From Octopus vulgaris (lineage: Eukaryota): a DNA stretch of 64,000 nt. Positions 39,050 through 52,322 of this stretch are shown here, piece by piece. A model generated the notes under the pieces. It worked only from the letters and a program-made list of their open reading frames with translations. It had not been told where the DNA came from and made no database searches. Every line of letters begins with the position of its first letter. Position 1 is the stretch's first letter. The stretch lies in NCBI GenBank assembly GCA_951406725.2, contig OX597819.1, forward strand, positions 74,648,001 to 74,712,000, written 5' to 3'. Made by a program: the position numbers and the translations under genes.

Positions 39050-39276
39050 AGACACGCGTACCATTAACAGTTCTCAATGAGATTCCTGCGTGACGCAGAA
39101 TGTGGCAAGGCTGGCCCCCTTTGAATTACAGGTACAACTCATTTTTGCCAGCTGAGTGGACTAGAGCAACGTGAAATAAAGTGTCTTGCTCAAGGACACG
39201 ACGCGTCGCCGGGAATCGAACTCACCACTTTACGATCGCGAGCCGAATACCCTAACCTCTAAGCCACGCGGCCTTC
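39050..39276 (-). mobile_element. OR1-like tRNA/CORE SINE
   Basis: GAGTTCGATTCCCGGCGACGCGTCGTGTCCTTGAGCAAGACAC on minus strand; partial copies at 32915-33115 and 34015-34150. Confidence 0.85.
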
Positions 39277-39914
39277 ACAACAAAGATAACGATCACACTA
39301 GCAACAACTGCTGCTGCTGCTACAACTACTACTACTACTACTACTACTACTCGTAATACTCCTGCTAACCCCTCCAGCATTATTTTCATTGTCATCCAGT
39401 TGTAAACACTGCAGCATTCTATTTCTCTTTGCCGACATCATCAATAACCACCAACAACCACGAGATAAACATTTCCCTGTCTATTCGCCAGGAATAAAGA
39501 GCATGAGTGGCCGAGTTGATAGCGTATAGAACTATAAACTGAAAGGTATGTGGTTCGTACCTCATCGCAAGCGCTACTGCCATCTTCAAAGACAACGTTT
39601 AACTTTCTAGTACCCCAGTCCAACTAGCTGTAAAATAGGTACCACACAACAGAAACAACAAGTCATTGAAGACTTTACATAATGGCATGAGTTTCTTTGG
39701 CACGCAGCAGCGAGTTAAGACCTTTTTGTGTGTTAAAAGGGTGTGAAAGGGGTGGAGTATACTCCCCCTTCATCAGTTTGCATTGGGGTGGGGATGAGTC
39801 TCTGTAGGGGAATCAATCAATTCATTAAAAAGCGAAGACGGAATTCATTTTCGATAGGAATCATTTGATTTATGTCTCAAATACTTTTTGAAGAGAACAT
39901 GTGAGAAAGAGAGA

Positions 39915-39960
<46 letters not shown>

Positions 39961-40419
39961 GGGAGAATGTGACCAAAGATGGAAAGAAATAAAGAGAATA
40001 ACTGACCAAAGACAGAGACTAAATCTTCTGGGATACAATCATCGACAGAATGAAGGCAATGGTTAAAATTTTTTTTTAATAATGGAAGGCTGAAAAGTTG
40101 ACTGTCCTGAAAATTGTGAACCCAGTTTTGTTCATCCAAGAGATGGCAGAGTTTTATTAGGCAGGAGATGGCAATGTCAACGATGATAAAGAGCTTTCGT
40201 TTTTCTTTCACAATCCCCAACCTGCGATCCATTTAATGAACACACATTTACCGTAATTACCCTCTGAAGCCTTACTTTGCTTGGCATCCATCTTGTCTCG
40301 CTCACAATGATGTAGAAGTGACTTTGAATTGTTAATACTTGGCTGAATAAACAGAAGAAATAATAAGCTCGCCTCCCTCTTAATACACACACACACGCAT
40401 ATTTATATATATATATGTA

Positions 40420-40459
<40 letters not shown>

Positions 40460-41027
40460 ACAAACACACACGCATACACCTGTTACATCGCCATAAACTG
40501 ATGTGGGACACAACACAGCAGAGCGGTAAAGATTCAACGAAGCACAAACGTATTTATCTGATGATTGCTTTCATTTCAAAGAACGACTTTAAATATTCCT
40601 TATCAAATTTATAACCTCATTGTTTGCATCAAAATAAAAATCTTTTTTAATGGAAATTGCACACTGAAAATGTATGTAGGTCTTCAACTATAAAAAGCTT
40701 TCTTACAAATTATACACACACATACAACACATTTATGCATACAAATAAACTTTGTGAAAAGATGGCAGCGAACTAACTGATCTAGGTCAACCTGTCTGTG
40801 GGTAAACAGACGACAACTTACACAGGAAATTCTCCCATACTGATGGACAAAATGTTTGCAGAGTTTGCAGGGATGTGTCCCCCAAATGTCCTAGTGTCAG
40901 GATTTGTTTTCATTGAGAGGTGACGCCTGAGAAAGTGATTTCAAATCTGAAGCACTCGTTTCGCATTATCTCTGAGCAAGAAGTTATATTTTGCTTGCTT
41001 TCTTTGGCGTTGTTATAATTAAATAGG

Positions 41028-41461
41028 GGATCTTTTCGGTTTGAACGGCAGTTTTTTCTAGCGGTGTCATATGAAATTGTCACCCATAATTATGACCCTA
41101 GTATCGATCTATTGCATTTCAATCTGTTTTAGGGTTAGGGTTAGTTAGGGTTAGGGGTGGGGGAAGGGTATCTTTTTTTCTTTACAAATGTAAGTAAACC
41201 CAAACCCAATCTGTTTCTTAAACGAGGGACATATTCATACGACACAATGTTTTTTTTACCTCAATGGACGTCACTGATTGGTTGAAATTGCAGAAATTGA
41301 AGAAAAAAGAAACAACAAATATCTTACAAACTATAGAATTTTCTCAATAAAGCCAAGAGAAAAAGATGTTTTATAAACACATTCTACCAGTATACGAAGT
41401 TTAAAATTTTTTAGTTACCTAGAAATTATGTTAAAAACTGCCGTTCAAACCGAAAAGATCC
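41028..41461. mobile_element. MITE with ~29-bp perfect TIRs, perfect 8-bp TSD and internal TTAGGG repeats (Merlin-like?)
   Basis: GGATCTTTTCGGTTTGAACGGCAGTTTTT / AAAAACTGCCGTTCAAACCGAAAAGATCC; TAAATAGG at 41020-41027 and 41462-41469. Confidence 0.92.
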
Positions 41462-42059
41462 TAAATAGGTAGCAGAACATGTGGAGAAAGTCACCGAGAG
41501 GAGTAGATACTGTCCAGTAAAGAGATGAGGTTTTTATGTATCTGACCCTTCAGAGATCAGATTTAGAAGCTAAAGTAGGTGCAACAACGAAAAATTTCGA
41601 CTTTATATAGTAAATCTAGGAAAACTTAGCCCGCCTCTGTTTGAACATTCGTCAATTACACTGTGGTTCCACCGTATGATTACACCGATCACATGTAAAC
41701 TGTCCTTAGGATCAGATCGATGGCGATTGAATGTCATTCGCCTGTGATATGAATTATAGAGATATCAGTTGCTGACTTTCAGCAGATGTGTAAATAACAA
41801 TAAATACCGTGTCTCTATAGAGTGGGCCTTTTGGCTGTAGTGAAACCGTATTCGATAATTTTACTAAACTCGTCAGAAATATGGCAACAAAAGAAGTTAC
41901 ATAAACTGTTTAATAATGATTTCTATGTAGAAGACCACGATTTGTGTGTGTGTGTGTGTGAGAGAGGGGGGGAACGACAGACAGACAGACAGATAGAGAA
42001 AGAGAGGCAGGCAGGCAGGCAGGCAGGCAAGCAGGCAAATGGAGAGAGGGCGTATGTTT

Positions 42060-42275
42060 AGTGAACCCAATGGATCCCAGTGCTAATTACTTTAAAGCGT
42101 GGTACTTATTTTATCGGGTTTCTTTTACCAAACCACAAAGTTACAGTGACGTAAACATACCAACACCGACTATCAAACGGTGGTGTGTGTGTGTGGGGGA
42201 AAACACAGACACAAGGACACACACACACACACGTGTCGCGCAGTGGGACTGAAGCCGAAACCATAAGGTTAGGAG
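42060..42275 (-). mobile_element. OK-like SINE with internal deletion
   Basis: Tail-side CCAACACCGAC..AAACGGTGG and head-side CGCAGTGGGACTGAA present. Confidence 0.7.
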
Positions 42276-44340
42276 GCACGAGATTACAGAGTTTTAGAGG
42301 CAGAGTATTATGTCCAGTCGAGCGAATGAACAGAGTTTTGCTACAAAGTTTCATTTTCTTGTATCCGATAAAACAAGTCGATCCCCAGCGAGATTTAAGC
42401 TCAGAATCCAAAACAACAAATATAAATAAGGTGGGAAGGGCGCACAATGACGCAAAGCTACGATTTGTAAGAGGGGACTGGGGAACCGACAGGCGCATAT
42501 TACTGGTACTAACTGTTGCCTGACGACAGTAATCTTTATCAATACATACAGACAAGTCAACGAACTTACGCGAGCCATCACTTGGAGAGAGAGGGGGAGA
42601 AAGAGGGAAAGGGAGAGAGGGGGATGGAGGGAGAGAGGGAAGGAGGGAGGGGGGTCCATTATAAAAACTGTGACAACAGCTGAGAGAAAAATTCACCAAA
42701 TAACCAACGAACTTTAAAATAGATATTGTTGTTGGCTTTTGTTAAGCAAGACTGTTTGTTCCCAGGTGAAGAGAAAACGAAATGATTAGAGGGAAAGAGG
42801 CAGACGAAGGTGTTGTATCATAACAAGAAGCTGAACATTCAACCGTTGAGTCATTGCTCTGATATTTCTCTTGTGAATTAATGTGTGTGTGTGTTATATT
42901 GAAAACATGATTGGTTTATAGTTTTAACCTCCATTCAAGGTTTTTCTTTTATTTCATACTTTCGTATGAATTTCTTGCAGTTTCTTTGGAAATATAAAAT
43001 CTGAAATCCACCATTAACGTCTCTAGACCCTTCAGACCTTCACAGTCACACCTTCGAAACGAAGGGATGTTGGTGTGTGTTAAATGCTTCTTTTATAGTA
43101 GACAGGGACCAGTGGGTTTGGTGTCAATATTACCGTCGGAATTCATGTGCCATCAGCCATGTGTTCGTTTTTGTTCTCAATCTCTAAACTATCCGTGTAC
43201 TTAGCTCAGAACTGTGTTGTATAGGAACAATTATTTCCATCGTCATCCGTCTATTTTTACAGAGTATAGTGTACATACACTGTTTGCTGATGTTTTTCCT
43301 ACTTAGTTATAATTTCAATTGTGTGATGTAATGCACACCAACCGCTCCTGGGGAAGGGGAGAAAGAAGAGGAGAGGAGTAAGAGGAGAGATGGAGTGAGA
43401 TGGGGGAGAGAGAGAGAAAGAGAGGGAGGGGAAAATCTCTTCGAATGTCTCACCATGGTGTCCCTAACATCAAAATTCATGTTTAACAACCACAGATATA
43501 CAATAAGAAATACAATTAAGAACAATATTCTTTTCCTTTTTATTTTTTGCCGTTGTCTGTTTCACTTTGTTTTGCAAGTGTCAATTAGTTTTACTTTGCA
43601 CACAGACTCGGCTTCGTCCAAATAAAAATATAAACATATACATTCATACAAACACATATAGATGCATGCATACACATACATTCAAACGCACACACGTTCA
43701 TAAATACATTACCTATTATTGGAGCAACGTGATACACACCAACCCGTCTGGAGGAATATTTGGCTGAACTTTGGGTTCTTGGGGAGAGAACGCAAATCCT
43801 TAATTCATAAACTAAAAATGATCACGATATCTGGAACTATAAAAACCTGTTAGACCTTCCTATGATTTAAAGAATGATGAACAAACACGAGGCTTTCCTT
43901 CACAACCTTGATATCAAGCAGGTGGCCGGTCAAAATTGATTCGAAGTTAAGAGAAAGAACATACGTACAAACGTACAGCAGGGACTAATTCTACACCATG
44001 CATTCATGCTTGTATCCAAGTTTTGTTTTTCAACATAGGGATTTTCAGCAGACGCTGTCATTGACTCTGTCTTTCCATTCAGCAGCCACGACAGATGAAG
44101 TCCGCCATGTCCGGATTCCTAGCTACTAACATGAAAACAGCATGAGGAAATAGCTAATGTGTGTGTGTGTATGTGTGTTAAATAAATGACAAGACAGCTA
44201 GAAATTATGTAATGACTTTCATTAGCTTACCACCGTTTCTGCTATTAGACACATTGCACTCGTAGTTGAGCGCTTGGGTGGCATCTTATATAGTTTTCTC
44301 GGAGTTTCAAAAAGAAAGTAAGATATTAAATGAGGAAAAC

Positions 44341-44382
<42 letters not shown>

Positions 44383-45089
44383 AAAATGTCACCATCGAAA
44401 AAAACCCATAAAATTATGTAAGAAATAGAGAATGGGGTTTGAAGGATAAAACCCCCTCCTTGAAATATGTTGATAATATTTTGATAATTTTGTGGATATA
44501 TGTGTATACAGATAGGTGTATGATGAACCCCTAAGTTGAACCTCTCTAACCCGCAAGCCTGGAACGAGACAAGACGGAGTAACGGATTTTTGAGGTCAGA
44601 GAAGCCAAGAGCCCATTGTATGACTGTTATCCCACTAACTTCCAGTTACCAAAACCTAATTCAGTGTTAAATTGATTTCTTTATTACAAATTGCTAGTTG
44701 TGTGAAAGCAGTTTGCTGCATCACAAAATAAATAAATTAGATGAAAACGCAGGAGAAAAACACACCTGTTGATACATTTTACTGGTAAATTATCACATAA
44801 ACGTTACAAAGAAATAACAATCATTTAATTTACCGTTTAACATTTACTGGAAAACCACTTCCAAACCTAGAGTTATGCTTCCAAATGCGATCTAAATGGA
44901 AATTAAGTTCTACTCAGGAAAGCAACATCCAGAAAGAGATGTCGCTCTCGCGTTATCTTGTAGAACATCTAAGTGATTAGTCGTGAGGTTTGGAGTAGAA
45001 AGGATGTTTCTCGAGAGTTAGTGGCCATTCTTGTTAGTAATCCTCTAATTAATATATGGAGTTTTAGTTGTTACACAAACGCACACAGT

Positions 45090-45447
45090 GAAGGCGCGTG
45101 GTCCAGGGAGTTGCTCCCACGATCCCCAGATCGGACAGTGTATTATGTGCTCTCGAGCAAAATACTTCATTTCACTTTGCTCAAATGCTGTGTGAGGACC
45201 GACATGTCAAAGAATGGACCCAACGTTTCCTTTATGTATCGTAGAAGGCGACTGAAAGGGGTTGAGCTAGGATTTGCACCCCAACTTCGCAAAACCCTCA
45301 CCAGTAATGACAACCCAAAACCAGACCCTGAGTGGCGCAATGGTGTCACTCGTCAGGAGGAGTAGGGAATCACCAACACATAGTGGGCGCAGCGACGTGC
45401 TGGTACAGCGCATGCTCCCACCCACCCACCATACTAATACTACTACT
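45090..45447 (+). mobile_element. Old OR-head SINE with a distinct body and (TAC)n tail
   Basis: GAAGGCGCGTGG head, CTCGAGCAAAATAC core, TCGTAGAAGGCGACT motif, ends AGCGCATGCTCCCA..TACTACTAC; related copy at 52715-53015. Confidence 0.65.
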
Positions 45448-46436
45448 TTTTTTTAACTGAGTCCGTCCCTCTTCAACTCTTACCTTAGACGATTTCTTCA
45501 AGAAGACAGAAAAAGTACAGAAAGCAAGGAATCGGATCCAGGGCAAAACTGGTACTTTACTTATCGACCACTGAAAGGATGAAAGACAAAGTTGACCTCA
45601 ACGTAACTTGAATTCAGTGGGTAGACAACCGGAACAACTACCGTTCCGCCCAACGATCATACGACTGCCAATAAGCTTATACATACATACATACACATAT
45701 ACAGAGAGAGAGAGAGAGAGAGAGCAGAGGCTGTTACCTCTGAGAGAGACAACAGAGGAAGTTTTGTAGATACTAGCTTCTCAAAATAGTATTTGGTAAA
45801 ACAAAATTTTCGTTTTGGGATTCCAGACCTACTTTCCTGTAGAAGATATATCTGGAATCCAAAGCCATCAAGGAAATGGGCAGCACAGCTGAAAGTAAGT
45901 CAAGATGGTTATAATTGATAAGAGACAGCAAGTGGAACCCTTCCATAGGTGAAAACTAGCTGAGTCCTCACCGCCCCACTCAGGTGAAGCATACAGACTA
46001 AGGGGTGAAACGCTTGTGACTCTGCGATATCGGCTGACGCTACGGAAGAGCTTCCCTAATAGCTGCTACAGTTTCTGCGTTGAGCAAAAGAATCTCTGGT
46101 GTTTATTTCACATTATGTATATATACGTATATTAGCAATTTGCTGTAGAGAAGAAGTTGCGGCCAGGAGTAGCAACCAAAGATACAAAGAAAATGGAATC
46201 TTGGTAGAAGTTGAAGGAACAAACGAAAAAAGAGAATAGACGGAAGGAAGGAATGGGTACCTTCCATTGCGTGGCACCTTGGGAAAGCGTCTTCTATTAT
46301 AGCCATGGGCTGACCAAAGCCTTGTGAGTGGATTTGGTAGATGGAAATTGAAAGAAGCCCGTCGTGTGTGTGTATATGTCCTTTGATTAATTTATATATA
46401 TAAAATCAAAATAAGCAACAAGGATATCCAAAGGTA

Positions 46437-46525
46437 ATGCAGTACGATCGTTTCATGCGACTCCATTTAATTGAACAATGAAAACATTACATCAACTTAA
46501 AATGTAGAGCAATCTTCAGCTGCAT
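46437..46525 (-). ncRNA. Type I hammerhead ribozyme motif with palindromic stem III and long stem II
   Basis: Minus strand: ATGCAG | CTGAAGA | TTGCTCTACATTTTAAGTTGA..TCAATTAAATGGAGTCGCAT | GAAA | CGATCG | TA | CTGCAT; 6-bp perfect stem I, intact core, GUA triplet. Confidence 0.88.
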
Positions 46526-47078
46526 AAAAATATAGAATTTAGTTAAATTCGAAGGATTCATTTGTATAATTTTCTTTTTATCCAAAATCACAAAGAGGAT
46601 AAGTAGATAGACAAAGAACATATTTTATCAACAACATCACCGTTGGTCGAGAGAAACAATAAGTAAGTATGCAACCTCTTACACGTTTGGTTTTGCTGCT
46701 TTTTTTATTTTAAATAATTCCTGAATATACATATGAAAATGCCGAAACTTGGAGATGCAGCCACATAAGTGATTTATAGATACAGGCAAGGTCACCAACC
46801 CACTTCATAAAGAAATACAAACGTAGCTATGTATGCATGTATGATAAATCTCTGTCTGGGTGTATAACGCGTAGAAATGAGAGAAATAAGAGAGAGAGGC
46901 GATTAAGTGGAAAGGAAAAGAAAGAGGATAAAGAAAATAATTTTTTTTTAAATGTAGAAGAGGAAAAAATAAAGTTAAATGATGGCGGGAGGAGGAGTTT
47001 TAACACACTGTGTATATACACACACACACACAAACATATATATAAATATACATACACATTTAAATATGCACACACACA

Positions 47079-47427
47079 CATATATACACAAATACATTCA
47101 TGCCCACACATACACACAAATAAATTTACACACACACATACGCAAATACACACACACACACACAATACACACATGCACACAAATAAATATACACACACAC
47201 ATATATACATATAAATATACATACACAGATAATTACACATATATACACAAATACATTCATGCCCACACATACACACAAATAAATTTACACACACACATAC
47301 GCAAATACACACACACACACACACAATACACACATGCACACAAATAAACATACACACACACACATATATACATATAAATATACATACACAGATAATTACA
47401 CATATATACACAAATACATTCATGCCC
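47079..47427. repeat. ~160-bp CA-rich tandem repeat (about 2.2 units)
   Basis: CAAATACATTCATGCCC recurs at ~47088, ~47248 and ~47411. Confidence 0.85.
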
Positions 47428-47859
47428 CCCCACACACACACTCCTACAAATATACACACATGCAACACATACGCGCACACAAATAAATATACATACATCT
47501 TTTTTTTTCCTTTGGCTTCTATTTATTTTCAGAGAATATAATTTATGCCACAAATCTCAATAAGTTAGAACCATTTCAGACATGAAGATTAAAAAAAAAA
47601 AACAAATGTACAGAGAAGAAAACTAATAAATTTTGTCAATAAAGTCTTCTTTTATATAAACAAACATAAATAAATAAATAAGCGTAAAAAAAACTCCACC
47701 CAGCTCTTTTTATTGCTGGGTGTGGGTAAGCAATGGGTCAGTGTTGATTTGCCCCTCACCGTCTCATGATTGTTGTCTGGTCATAAAAGCTTGTCTTACA
47801 GCACAGTCAAAGTGGTTGCAACGACTGCAGCATGCAGCCTTTCCACCTATCGCCACCAT

Positions 47860-47860
47860 C

Positions 47861-47917
<57 letters not shown>

Positions 47918-47957
47918 GTTATTATTATTATTATTATTATTGTTATTATTATTATTA
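47860..47957. repeat. (ATT)n microsatellite
   Basis: Direct reading. Confidence 0.95.
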
Positions 47958-48444
47958 TGCAAACGCGTTTTTAGAATAAATATCACACACTCAACGATGT
48001 ATGAGTATGCAGTTGCGTGTGTGTGTGTTTGTGTGTGAGGAAGAAATGGGTTGGTGTTCTGTGTGTGTGTATGTGTAGGTATATTTTCGTTCCTTTCATT
48101 CTCAACCTCAATGGTTATCTCTATTCCATCACAGACGACATTATTAAACCCGATTCCAACGTCAAACTAAATTTCTCTCAAATGAGAAAAGTTAAGGTTA
48201 GGGTAACCTCGTTCACGTTTCATTTTGGCTGTTCTTTTCTTTATTGGCATCGTCACCATCATCATCATCATCGTCGTCGTCGTCGTCAGCTTCTGTTTTG
48301 CTGTTAGCAAGTCTGACAAAGGTAGAGGCAATTAACTTGCTCAAGGACACACATCTGATTGATGTTACTGATAACGTTCAAGTGTAACTAAAATGTCTGT
48401 GTGTGTGTGTGTAAGTATTTGTGAATATGCACAGGTGAATGTAT

Positions 48445-49229
48445 GTGGCTCTCATGGCTTTTCATCTTAACTGATTAGAAGTGTTCTCATGTACATTGTT
48501 TTGTCTTGGTATAAAAGATGGGCTACAGCAAATATTCTGCTCAATACCTATTTCTTTATTACCCACAAGGGGCTACACACAGAGGGGACAAACAAGGACA
48601 GACATAGGTATTAAGTCGATTACATCGACCCCAGTGCGTAACTGATACTTAATTTATCGACCCCGAAAGGATGAAAGGCAAAGTCGACCTCGGCGGAATT
48701 TGAACTCAGAACGTAACGGCAGACGTTCTGAGTTCAAATTCCGCCGAGGTCGACTTTGCCTTTCATCCTTTCGAGGAAAAAAAGGCAAAGTCGACCTCGA
48801 CAAGATTTACTTGTCAATTGTTTGACCATAACAAGTTGAGCATGTCACTTAGTGGCTGACGATATGTGCACCTCTGATCACGAGCAGTAGTAGTGGGGGA
48901 GCTTCATAGCAATGTGTTGAGAAGGATTCTTTGGGGTTCGAATAATTTACCTCTGGAAACATGGGTGTCTCGTTCAACATCCTTAAAAAACCCTTATTCA
49001 GGGACCTTTTGAACGGGATGGGTTACTCGACCAGAAGAAACTTCTAACTGGGCCCCATCTGCAAGGTCATATGCTGTTTAACTTGATATGAGATCACCAT
49101 GTCGCGTACATATGGTTGTGATGCATGTGCCTAGTGTACCCTTATCAGACAAGTAGTCATGATGGGTATACTGGGCTTCGTATATTTTACCCCAGTGTCA
49201 CTTTAATGGTATGCACTGATCTCTCACTC
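48445..49229 (+). mobile_element. ~556-bp repeat interrupted by a Meta-type SINE (48549-48799)
   Basis: Host colinear with 35986-36518 apart from the insert at CTCAATACC|ACA. Confidence 0.9.
48549..48799 (-). mobile_element. GTAAAGAAATA-tail Meta-type SINE with doubly inverted 5' junction
   Basis: Tail abuts AATACC (48543-48548); core reversed at 48723-48772 and again at 48781-48799. Confidence 0.88.
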
Positions 49230-49799
49230 AATAATAATAATAATCCTTTCTGCTATAAGTATAAGGCCTGAAATTTGAAGGGTTGGGGGTAAATCGATTA
49301 CACTGACCCCGGTGCGAAAATGGTATTTATATTAGCGACCCTGAAGAGATGAAAAGCAAAGTTTACCGCAGCAGGATTTGAACTTAGAACGTAAAGAATC
49401 TGAAGAAGTGTCTATCAGCATTCTGTTCGTCGCACCAACGATTTTTGCCTAGCTTCTAACAAAGGCACAACCTTTCAAATTTTATGTGATCCCGTCAATT
49501 CTATCAAAATCGATATTCGATGTATTATTTTATTGACCCAGAAAGACAAATCACCGCAGTAGGATTTGAATTCAGACGCCCGGTCTCCTAATTATTCTGT
49601 CAATTCACCCCGCTCCGGCTACTGATGCTGCTGCTGCGACTACTGCTGCTGATGATGAAAAATTATCTGCCCCACAATGCATATATATACATACACAGGC
49701 ATGTGTATATGTATATACATATGTGCATATAAAAACATATATGTGAGTGCATATATGTGTGTGTATATTCAGTATATTCATATATACACACATTTCATA

Positions 49800-50390
49800 C
49801 AGAAGTGGCTGTGTGGCAAGCAGTTTGCTCCCCAACAACGCGGTTCCGGGTTCAGTCCCACTGCGTGGCACCTTTGGCAAGTGTCTTCTACTTGGGCCGA
49901 CCAAAGCCTTGTGAGTGGATTTGGTACACGGAAACTGAAAGAAGCCCGTCGTATGTGTGTGTGTGCGTGTCCATCACCATTCTACAACCGGCGAGCTGGC
50001 AGAAGCGTTAGCACGCCGGGCGAAATGCGCAGCCGTATTTCGTCTGCCGTTACGTTCTGAGTTCAAATTCCGCCGAGGTCGACTTTGCCTTTCATCCTTT
50101 CGGGGTCGATAAATTAAGCACCAGTTACGCACTGGGGTCGATGTAATCGACTTAATACCTATGTCTGTCCCTGTTTGTCCCCTCTATGTTTAGCCCCTTG
50201 TGGGTAGTAAAGAAATAGGTATTGGTGTTTCTATGTCCCTGTGAGTTAGCAGTTCGGCAAAAGAGACCGACAGAATAAGTATCAGACTTTAAAAAAATAA
50301 GAACCGGGGTCGATTTATTCGACTAAAAAATTCAAGGCGGTGTCCCAGCATGGCCGCAGTGCAATTACTAAAACAAAAGATAAAAGATAT
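49800..50390 (+). mobile_element. OK-like SINE interrupted by a Meta-type SINE
   Basis: Host resumes after the insert at GGTATTGGTGTT (50218). Confidence 0.88.
49990..50217 (+). mobile_element. Full-length GTAAAGAAATA-tail Meta-type SINE
   Basis: GGCGAGCTGGCAGAAGCGTTAGC..TTAGCCCCTTGTGGGTAGTAAAGAAATA followed by GGTATT. Confidence 0.9.
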
Positions 50391-50621
50391 ACAAACATAA
50401 ACGTGTGTGTGTGTGTAGGTGTGTTCATGTTTCCGTATATGCACGCCAGAAGTGTGCAATATACTGGTTGAAAGATACAGCAAATCACAGCTAGGAGACC
50501 TGCAGACATGCAATTTAATCTGCATAACTGTTACTGCTGTAGCAAATATATTGCCAGACAGACACAGAAAAATAACACAACACCAACAATATACATACAT
50601 ACATACACATACATATATATA

Positions 50622-50685
<64 letters not shown>

Positions 50686-50824
50686 GAACTGTATATATGT
50701 ATAAACGAAGAGCAACATAAAACCAAGGAAAAGAATGATAAAAAGCCAAGTGGGCAAAGCTAGGATCGTAAAACTAGAAGCAAGTGCAACATTATTGCAG
50801 TTGCCAGGTAATACCTTACTGTGA

Positions 50825-50827
<3 letters not shown>

Positions 50828-50901
<74 letters not shown>

Positions 50902-50920
50902 GAGGGAGAGAGAGAGAGAG
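50828..50920. repeat. (GA)n microsatellite
   Basis: Direct reading. Confidence 0.95.
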
Positions 50921-51217
50921 ACGACGAGCTTGTTTGGCTCTCCCACCTTTTATCAAAAAAATCTCGTGAATATTAAATGCAACAGTAACCTTTTTCACAT
51001 GAACCTACAATACAGAAATTAAAACTATGTAAATGTGTGGGACAATATGCAAGCGCGCGCGCGCGTGCTTGTGTGATTGTGTGTGTGTGTGTATGAAAAG
51101 AAGCACATTTACACTGCGTGCCATATATATAGATATTTGATGGCTATTTTTCTTCGAAGGGCGGAAAAAAAACCCCAGCAAGATTTCTGAAATCTTATGA
51201 CAATGACATTAGCAATA

Positions 51218-51438
51218 ACATATATATATATACATACATACATATATACACATACATATACATACATATAAATACATACACATACATATAAATATATACA
51301 CATACATATAAATACATACATACACATACATATAAATACATATATATATACATATATATATATACATACATATATACACATACATATATACACATACATA
51401 TAAATACATATATATAAATACATATATATATATATACA

Positions 51439-51474
<36 letters not shown>

Positions 51475-51530
51475 CACATACATATATACACATACATATA
51501 AATACATATATATAAATACATATATATACA

Positions 51531-51568
<38 letters not shown>

Positions 51569-51780
51569 CATATATATATATACATACATATATATATATA
51601 CATATATATATATACATACATATATACACATATATATATACACATATATATATACACATATATACATATATACACAAACATATATATATACATGTATACA
51701 CATATAGACATATATATATACATATATACATGTATATACATGTATATATATATACATGTGTATATACATATATATATATA
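51218..51780. repeat. TA/CA compound satellite
   Basis: TACATA-based units. Confidence 0.92.
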
Positions 51781-51789
51781 AAATGAAAA

Positions 51790-52128
51790 TGAATAGACCC
51801 CCTTCGGTCATGAATGACCATGGGATTGCACCTAGAAAGTTACCCTCCGAGACACAAGTCCGGGCAAGGTTGTTTATGGAAGGCCAGCAGTCGCCCATGC
51901 ATACCAGCCTCCCCTCTCCACGCCACCAGTGTTATCCAAGGAAAAGACAAAGGTCGATACAGCTTGGCACCAGTGACGTCGCAACTCATTTCTACAGCTG
52001 AGTTAACTGGAGCAACGTGAAATAAAGTGCCTTGCTCGAGAACACAACACGCAGCCCGGTCCGGGATTCGAGCTCACAACCTCACGATCGTAAGCTCGAC
52101 GCTCTAACCACTGAGCCATTCGCCTTCA
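51790..52128 (-). mobile_element. OR1-head CORE SINE with an alternative 3' tail
   Basis: Head/core as in 39050-39276 up to ..AGCTGTAGAAATGAGTTG, then unrelated tail ending GGTGCAATCCCATGGTCATTCATGACCGAAGGGGG. Confidence 0.82.
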
Positions 52129-52322
52129 TATATACATATATATGCATGTGTATATACATATATATACATGTGTATATACATATATGACTCACCTATAGAC
52201 ACACACAATAGTCATCTACGTATCATACTTAATGTATATACACCACTGACAGGTATGATGCTGTGGTTTTTGTCGGAGAGAAACACTTTTCAGAGATATG
52301 TGTTAAAATCACGATATACATC

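Noticed and set aside
39764-39782. Minus-strand CTGATGA followed by a hairpin
   Set aside because: No downstream GAAA/UH elements.
41129-41163. Interstitial telomere from a chromosome fusion
   Set aside because: Only about four units, inside a TIR element with a TSD; treated as MITE cargo.
44215-44310. Decayed hammerhead on minus strand (..ATAGCA-GAAA-CGGTGG-TA-AGCT)
   Set aside because: CTGANGA box unrecognisable and stem III broken; at most a dead Penelope remnant.
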